Shown here piece by piece: positions 27,952-32,000 of a DNA stretch of 32,000 bases. Under the pieces are notes generated by a model. The model was not told the DNA's origin. It worked only from the letters and a program-made list of their open reading frames with translations, and did not search any database. How positions within the stretch are numbered: position 1 is the stretch's first letter; every line of letters starts with the position of its first letter. Source of the DNA: Clostridia bacterium (GTDB lineage Bacteria; Bacillota; Clostridia; TANB77; CAG-508); NCBI GenBank assembly GCA_017528085.1, contig JAFXPH010000014.1:4487-36486 (forward strand), given 5' to 3'. The position numbers were made by a program, and so were the translations under genes.

Positions 27952-27985
27952 AAATACCTATTGAAAAATAGGTATTTTTTATTTT
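27952..27985 (+). terminator. Rho-independent terminator ending the hydrolase-murF-ddl-yqeK operon
   Basis: AAATACCTATT (27952-27962) / AATAGGTATTT (27967-27977), GAAA loop, T-run. Confidence 0.85.
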
Positions 27986-28014
27986 AAAAAACACGGATTT
28001 TTTCGTTTTTAATC

Positions 28015-28043
28015 TTCACAAAAGCCTACTCAAGTGATATAAT
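28015..28043 (+). promoter_or_regulatory. Sigma-A type promoter with extended -10
   Basis: TTCACA (28015-28020), 17 nt, TGaTATAAT (TATAAT at 28038-28043). Confidence 0.6.
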
Positions 28044-28089
28044 TAGCTTGAATTTTAGAAACTTGAAACTAAGTTCGGGGGATGTTGAA

Positions 28090-28974
28090 ATGATTTATAA
28101 AGACTACTATAAAATTTTAGGCCTAGAATCAAATAGAGTATCAAAAGAACAAATAAAGATAGCTTATAGAGCACAGGCAAAAAAATATCATCCAGATGTT
28201 AATGTTAAAAATAGTAAGAACGAAGAAATATTTAAAGATATAAACGAAGCATATAGAATTCTTTCAGATTCATCATCAAAGAGAAAATATGATAGAGTTT
28301 GGAGAAGAAATTTAGCTAGAAAGAATGATACAACATATAAACCAAATTCTAGAAAAGAGGGAGACTCAATTGCTGGTGATTTCCTAAAAATGGTATTTGG
28401 AAATGTATCTGAGGAAGGAACTAGATCTATTATTCCAAAGAAAGGCGAAGATATTGAAACAGAAATTGATGTTTCTATTGCTGATGCTTTCAGAGGAAAG
28501 AATCAAAGTGTAGGTCTTAAAACAGCTTCTGGTAGAATCAAAAAGTATACTGTCAATATTCCTGCTGGAATTAAAAGTGGCGAAAAAGTAAGATTAAAAG
28601 GCCAAGGAAAAGATGGTATAAATGGCGGTTCAAAAGGCGATTTGATTATAAAAATTAATGTTAAAAACGATAGAAGATTTAAACTAACAGATAATGATTT
28701 AACAACAAATCTTTATCTTACACCATGGGAGGCAATGTTCGGTACAAAGATTACAGTAAAAGGTATTGACGAAGAAGTTGTTGTATATGTACCGGCTGGT
28801 ATCCAAAGTGGTGAAAAAATAGCTTTAGATGAAAAAGGATATATCGGTCAAGATGGAGTAAGAGGAAAATTATATTTAGATACTAGAATAATGATTCCTG
28901 AAAAGCCATCAGATGAAGAAAAAGAATTATTTAAAAAACTAGAAGAAAAATCAAAATTTAATCCAAGAGTATAG
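28090..28974 (+). CDS. J-domain co-chaperone, CbpA-like (J domain plus DnaJ C-terminal domains, no zinc-finger region)
   Basis: DYYKILGLE...YHPDVN...INEAYRILSD J domain with the HPD motif. C-terminal CTD I/II-like segments (GEDIETEIDVSIADAFRG, GGSKGDLIIKINV, GKLYLDTRIMIP). No CxxCxGxG repeats. I use the ATG at 28090 with a GGGGGA RBS; the track's 28048 is a TTG. Confidence 0.82.
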   Translation: MIYKDYYKILGLESNRVSKEQIKIAYRAQAKKYHPDVNVKNSKNEEIFKDINEAYRILSDSSSKRKYDRVWRRNLARKNDTTYKPNSRKEGDSIAGDFLKMVFGNVSEEGTRSIIPKKGEDIETEIDVSIADAFRGKNQSVGLKTASGRIKKYTVNIPAGIKSGEKVRLKGQGKDGINGGSKGDLIIKINVKNDRRFKLTDNDLTTNLYLTPWEAMFGTKITVKGIDEEVVVYVPAGIQSGEKIALDEKGYIGQDGVRGKLYLDTRIMIPEKPSDEEKELFKKLEEKSKFNPRV

Positions 28975-28997
28975 TTTACATAATTGTTAAAAATTCG

Positions 28998-29026
28998 TTG
29001 ACAATAGAGCGTGATTAATATATAAT
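28998..29026 (+). promoter_or_regulatory. Perfect-consensus sigma-A promoter upstream of the orphan-ORF/T4CP operon
   Basis: TTGACA (28998-29003), exactly 17 nt, TATAAT (29021-29026). AAGGAG RBS before the ATG at 29086. Confidence 0.7.
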
Positions 29027-29085
29027 ATAAAGTGCATGAATACTAAGGAAAAGCACATTCGGAAAATTAAAAAGGAGTGTAAAAA

Positions 29086-29607
29086 ATGGAAGAAAATATT
29101 AGTGGAAAATATTTTAGTATTACAGATAAAGAAGCTGTAAATACTGTAATTTACCAAGTAAATAGAACAGAAAGAGAATTTCAAAATTCTCCTAAATATA
29201 CTGTTGAAAGACTAAAGTATACAGAGGAATTGATAGGAACAAATAAGAAGAAGACATTCTATGTAGAAAATCCTCTTCCTGAGGGAAATCCTTTAGTATT
29301 TTTATCATTTTCAAAAGATAGAGTTGTAGTAAACGCAGGAATACTTGATTATGATGTTGTTAAAATTTCAAAGAAGCCAATGCCAATTTCATTTACAACA
29401 TTGTATACAGAAAAAGAAGGAGACTATAAAGAAGTTGCTTACACACCAAACTTAAAGAGACCAATTTCAATTATAGATCCAGAAAACGGTGATGAAATTA
29501 AACCAACACTTTACTTCGATGAAGAATCAAATGAAGTAAAAGGAAAATGCAAAATTAAGCCTTACAAGACTTATTTCGCATTTGAAATAAGAGATAGTAA
29601 GGATTAG
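29086..29607 (+). CDS. Hypothetical soluble protein, first gene of the T4CP-containing operon
   Basis: 173-aa ORF with a good RBS. No TM segment and no recognisable motif. Its codon usage looks similar to its neighbours. Confidence 0.6.
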   Translation: MEENISGKYFSITDKEAVNTVIYQVNRTEREFQNSPKYTVERLKYTEELIGTNKKKTFYVENPLPEGNPLVFLSFSKDRVVVNAGILDYDVVKISKKPMPISFTTLYTEKEGDYKEVAYTPNLKRPISIIDPENGDEIKPTLYFDEESNEVKGKCKIKPYKTYFAFEIRDSKD

Positions 29608-29620
29608 GAGGATATAATAA

Positions 29621-29914
29621 ATGGCAGAAATAGTTTTAACAGATAAAGATATAAATCAATTTGGATTTGTAATATGCGGTACTGGCTTCGCATCAAGTTT
29701 AGAGCCTGTAATTGAAAATGGTTCATCTTCTAATAATAGTGGATCAAATTCAGGTGTTGAAATTAAAGATGCAGGAAGCGGAGTATATGACACAAAGAAA
29801 GTGTTTACTCCTAATATGCCAGTTGCTGGACTTAGAGCTTTTGATATGACTGAAAAAGATATAGATAATAGAAAAGAAGATGCCGAGAAAGCAGGAACAG
29901 AGCAAGCAGATTAA
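29621..29914 (+). CDS. Hypothetical small protein with a Ser/Asn/Gly-rich linker
   Basis: 97-aa ORF with an AGGAGG RBS at 29607-29612. N-terminal FGFVICGTGFASSL, then a low-complexity GSSSNNSGSNSG stretch. No family recognised. Confidence 0.55.
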   Translation: MAEIVLTDKDINQFGFVICGTGFASSLEPVIENGSSSNNSGSNSGVEIKDAGSGVYDTKKVFTPNMPVAGLRAFDMTEKDIDNRKEDAEKAGTEQAD

Positions 29915-29951
29915 TGGGTAAAAAGTACTACAGATAAAAGGTGAGGAAAAA

Positions 29952-32000
29952 ATGAGTTTTGGAGAAAAAATAAAAGCAGCATTTAAAAAAATAAAAACAA
30001 AATTAATAGTTTTCCTAATTTTACTTTTGGTTATTGATATTTGGGCTTTAGCACCACTTACAGTTTCACTAGCTGATGCAAATGCTCAAAGATTACCTAA
30101 CGGAAAGTTAGATTGGGAAATTTTATTGACTGAAATGATGAAGTTCTTAGCAGCTCCATGGAATGCTTTTAAACTTTGTTTAACACATGAATATTTACCA
30201 GGATTTCTTACAGTTCAAAAGACTGCATTTGGATTCTTTGGAATATTTGCTGTTATAGGTTTAATTAGAGCAATTCCTACACACGAGTATGAGAACATTG
30301 AAAATGGTTCATCAGATTGGTGTGAAGGTGGAGAACAATACAAAGTATTAAATAGATCAAAAGGTATTGTACTAGCAGAAAAGAACTATCTACCGGTAGA
30401 TAAACGTGGTAACGTAAACGTATTAGTTGTCGGTGGTTCTGGTGCTGGTAAATCTGCATCATTCGTTATTCCGAATGCTCTTCAACTATTAGGTTCTTAT
30501 GTATTTACAGACCCTAAAGGAGAGCTTTATGATAAGACTGCTGGTTTTTTTGCAAAAAACGGATACAAAATCAAAGTATTAAACTTAGTACACCCAGTAC
30601 ATAGTGACGGTTATAACCCATTATTCCATATTAAAAATGAAATAGATGTTGATATTATTGCTAACACAATAGTAAAAGGGCAAGGTGAAGGAAAATCTTC
30701 AGACCCATTCTGGGATGATATGTCTGAAATGTTACTTAAAGCATTAATATATTACTTAAAAGCAACTAGACCAATGGAAGAACAATCTTTAGCAAGTTGT
30801 TCTGAGCTAGTTAGAACTGCTAATAGTAGTGGTGGAGATAACTTACTTACAAACTTAATGAACCAATTGCCATTTGATCACCCTGCTAGAATGTATTATA
30901 AAAATATCGAGATGTTACCAGATAAGACTTTTGGATCAGTACTTGGTTCACTTCAATCTAAATTAGGTAAATTCGACTCAAGAGAAATCGCTGAAGTAAC
31001 ATCTACAAATACAATTCAATTCTCTGAGATTGGACAAGAGAAGACAGCAGTGTATGTTATATCTTCAGATACACATACAGCATATGACTTCTTACTAACA
31101 ATTTTCTTCTCTCAGATGATTCAACAATTATATGACTATGCTGATGCTAAGGGAGGTCAACTTCCTGTACCAACATACTTCATACTAGACGAGTTTGCAA
31201 ACATTGGACAAATACCAGACTTCGACAAAAAGATTTCTACATCAAGATCTAGAAAGATTTCATTCAGTGTTATCTTACAAAACTTAGACCAATTGGAAGC
31301 AGTTTATAAAGAATCTTATGAAACAATTATTGGTAACTGCGATACTCACTTATTCTTAGGATCTAACTCAGCAAAAACAGTTGAGTACTTCTCTAAAGCG
31401 TTAGGTGAGAAGACTATCTTTAGAAATAGTATTTCAGTAAATAAGGATAGAGAAGATTGGAAGCAAGGTAAGAGTGAATCTGACCAAAATATGGCCAGAG
31501 CCCTAATGACACCAGATGAGCTTAGAAGAATGGATAATGACTTATGTATTATCTATGAAAAAGGTATTAAACCAATTAAAGCTAACAAGTATTATTACTT
31601 CAAATATAAAGAAGGAAAACTTGTTGAAAAGTATAAATTAGATCACAACGATGTAAAAGTAGAAAGAGGTAAATGGAAGAAATATAATCCATATGCTTCA
31701 GATGATGATGATGAAACAGGAGGAGCATCTGAATCTCTAGAGACAATTGATAAATTGTTTGCAGATGATGAAGAAGAAACTCCACTAATGGTAGAGAATA
31801 AGAAAGCAGCTAACAACAATAATAATGCTGCTGCAGCAAGTGCAAGTAACTTCTCATCAGGTTCTACAGGAGCTTCATCAAGTGGTAACTCTGGTGGAAC
31901 AGGACCAGACTTAGAAGATAAGAGACAAGAAGAATTATTCGATATTCAAAAAGAACTAGAAGCAAAATTTGATGAGCTATTTGGTTCAATGGATGATTAA
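29952..32000 (+). CDS. Type IV secretion coupling protein (VirD4/TraG/TraD family T4CP)
   Basis: 682 aa. Two N-terminal TM helices. Walker A VVGGSGAGKSASFVIPN, FTDPKGEL, DPFWDD, Walker B YFILDEFANIG, ISFSVILQNLDQL, CDTHLFLG, and MTPDELRR match the VirD4/TraG conjugative coupling ATPase layout. The stop codon is at 31998-32000. Confidence 0.9.
   Translation: MSFGEKIKAAFKKIKTKLIVFLILLLVIDIWALAPLTVSLADANAQRLPNGKLDWEILLTEMMKFLAAPWNAFKLCLTHEYLPGFLTVQKTAFGFFGIFAVIGLIRAIPTHEYENIENGSSDWCEGGEQYKVLNRSKGIVLAEKNYLPVDKRGNVNVLVVGGSGAGKSASFVIPNALQLLGSYVFTDPKGELYDKTAGFFAKNGYKIKVLNLVHPVHSDGYNPLFHIKNEIDVDIIANTIVKGQGEGKSSDPFWDDMSEMLLKALIYYLKATRPMEEQSLASCSELVRTANSSGGDNLLTNLMNQLPFDHPARMYYKNIEMLPDKTFGSVLGSLQSKLGKFDSREIAEVTSTNTIQFSEIGQEKTAVYVISSDTHTAYDFLLTIFFSQMIQQLYDYADAKGGQLPVPTYFILDEFANIGQIPDFDKKISTSRSRKISFSVILQNLDQLEAVYKESYETIIGNCDTHLFLGSNSAKTVEYFSKALGEKTIFRNSISVNKDREDWKQGKSESDQNMARALMTPDELRRMDNDLCIIYEKGIKPIKANKYYYFKYKEGKLVEKYKLDHNDVKVERGKWKKYNPYASDDDDETGGASESLETIDKLFADDEEETPLMVENKKAANNNNNAAAASASNFSSGSTGASSSGNSGGTGPDLEDKRQEELFDIQKELEAKFDELFGSMDD

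Noticed and set aside
28975-32000. Idea that the VirD4-like ATPase with two small ORFs is a stand-alone defence or novel non-conjugative system
   Set aside because: Nothing in the visible sequence distinguishes it from an ordinary conjugative coupling protein. The operon continues beyond the window, so the claim would be unsupported.

Overview
AT-rich chromosomal replication-origin region of a low-GC Firmicute, probably Clostridia-like. The gene order matches the conserved Bacillus/Clostridium origin map. On the minus strand, left of the origin: mnmG(partial)-mnmE-jag-yidC-yidD-rnpA-rpmH. Then comes a DnaA-box spacer. On the plus strand: dnaA, a second DnaA-box spacer, dnaN, a small membrane ORF, recF, remB (DUF370), gyrB, an unusually long 520-bp spacer, and gyrA. 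Further right lie a head-on DnaD-like/DnaI-like helicase-loader pair, a DUF1858 redox protein, two orphan ORFs and tRNA-Arg(CCU). The conserved block tadA-(orphan)-SRP RNA-dnaX-ybaB-recR follows. After it come a divergent UgtP/MGDG-synthase-like glycosyltransferase and a four-gene operon: alpha/beta hydrolase, membrane-anchored MurF-like ligase, insertion-bearing Ddl-like ligase, and YqeK. A stand-alone J-domain protein comes next. At the right edge, a consensus promoter drives two orphan ORFs and a complete VirD4/TraG-type type IV coupling protein, probably the edge of a conjugative element. No rRNA, CRISPR array, transposase or integrase is visible. Most of the window is ordinary housekeeping. 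The parts worth a second look are (i) the membrane-MurF/Ddl-with-insert operon, (ii) the DnaA-box-like array that splits gyrB from gyrA and other unexplained origin motifs, and (iii) the T4CP module at the window edge. All functional calls come from reading the translated ORFs and motifs by eye; no database search was run.
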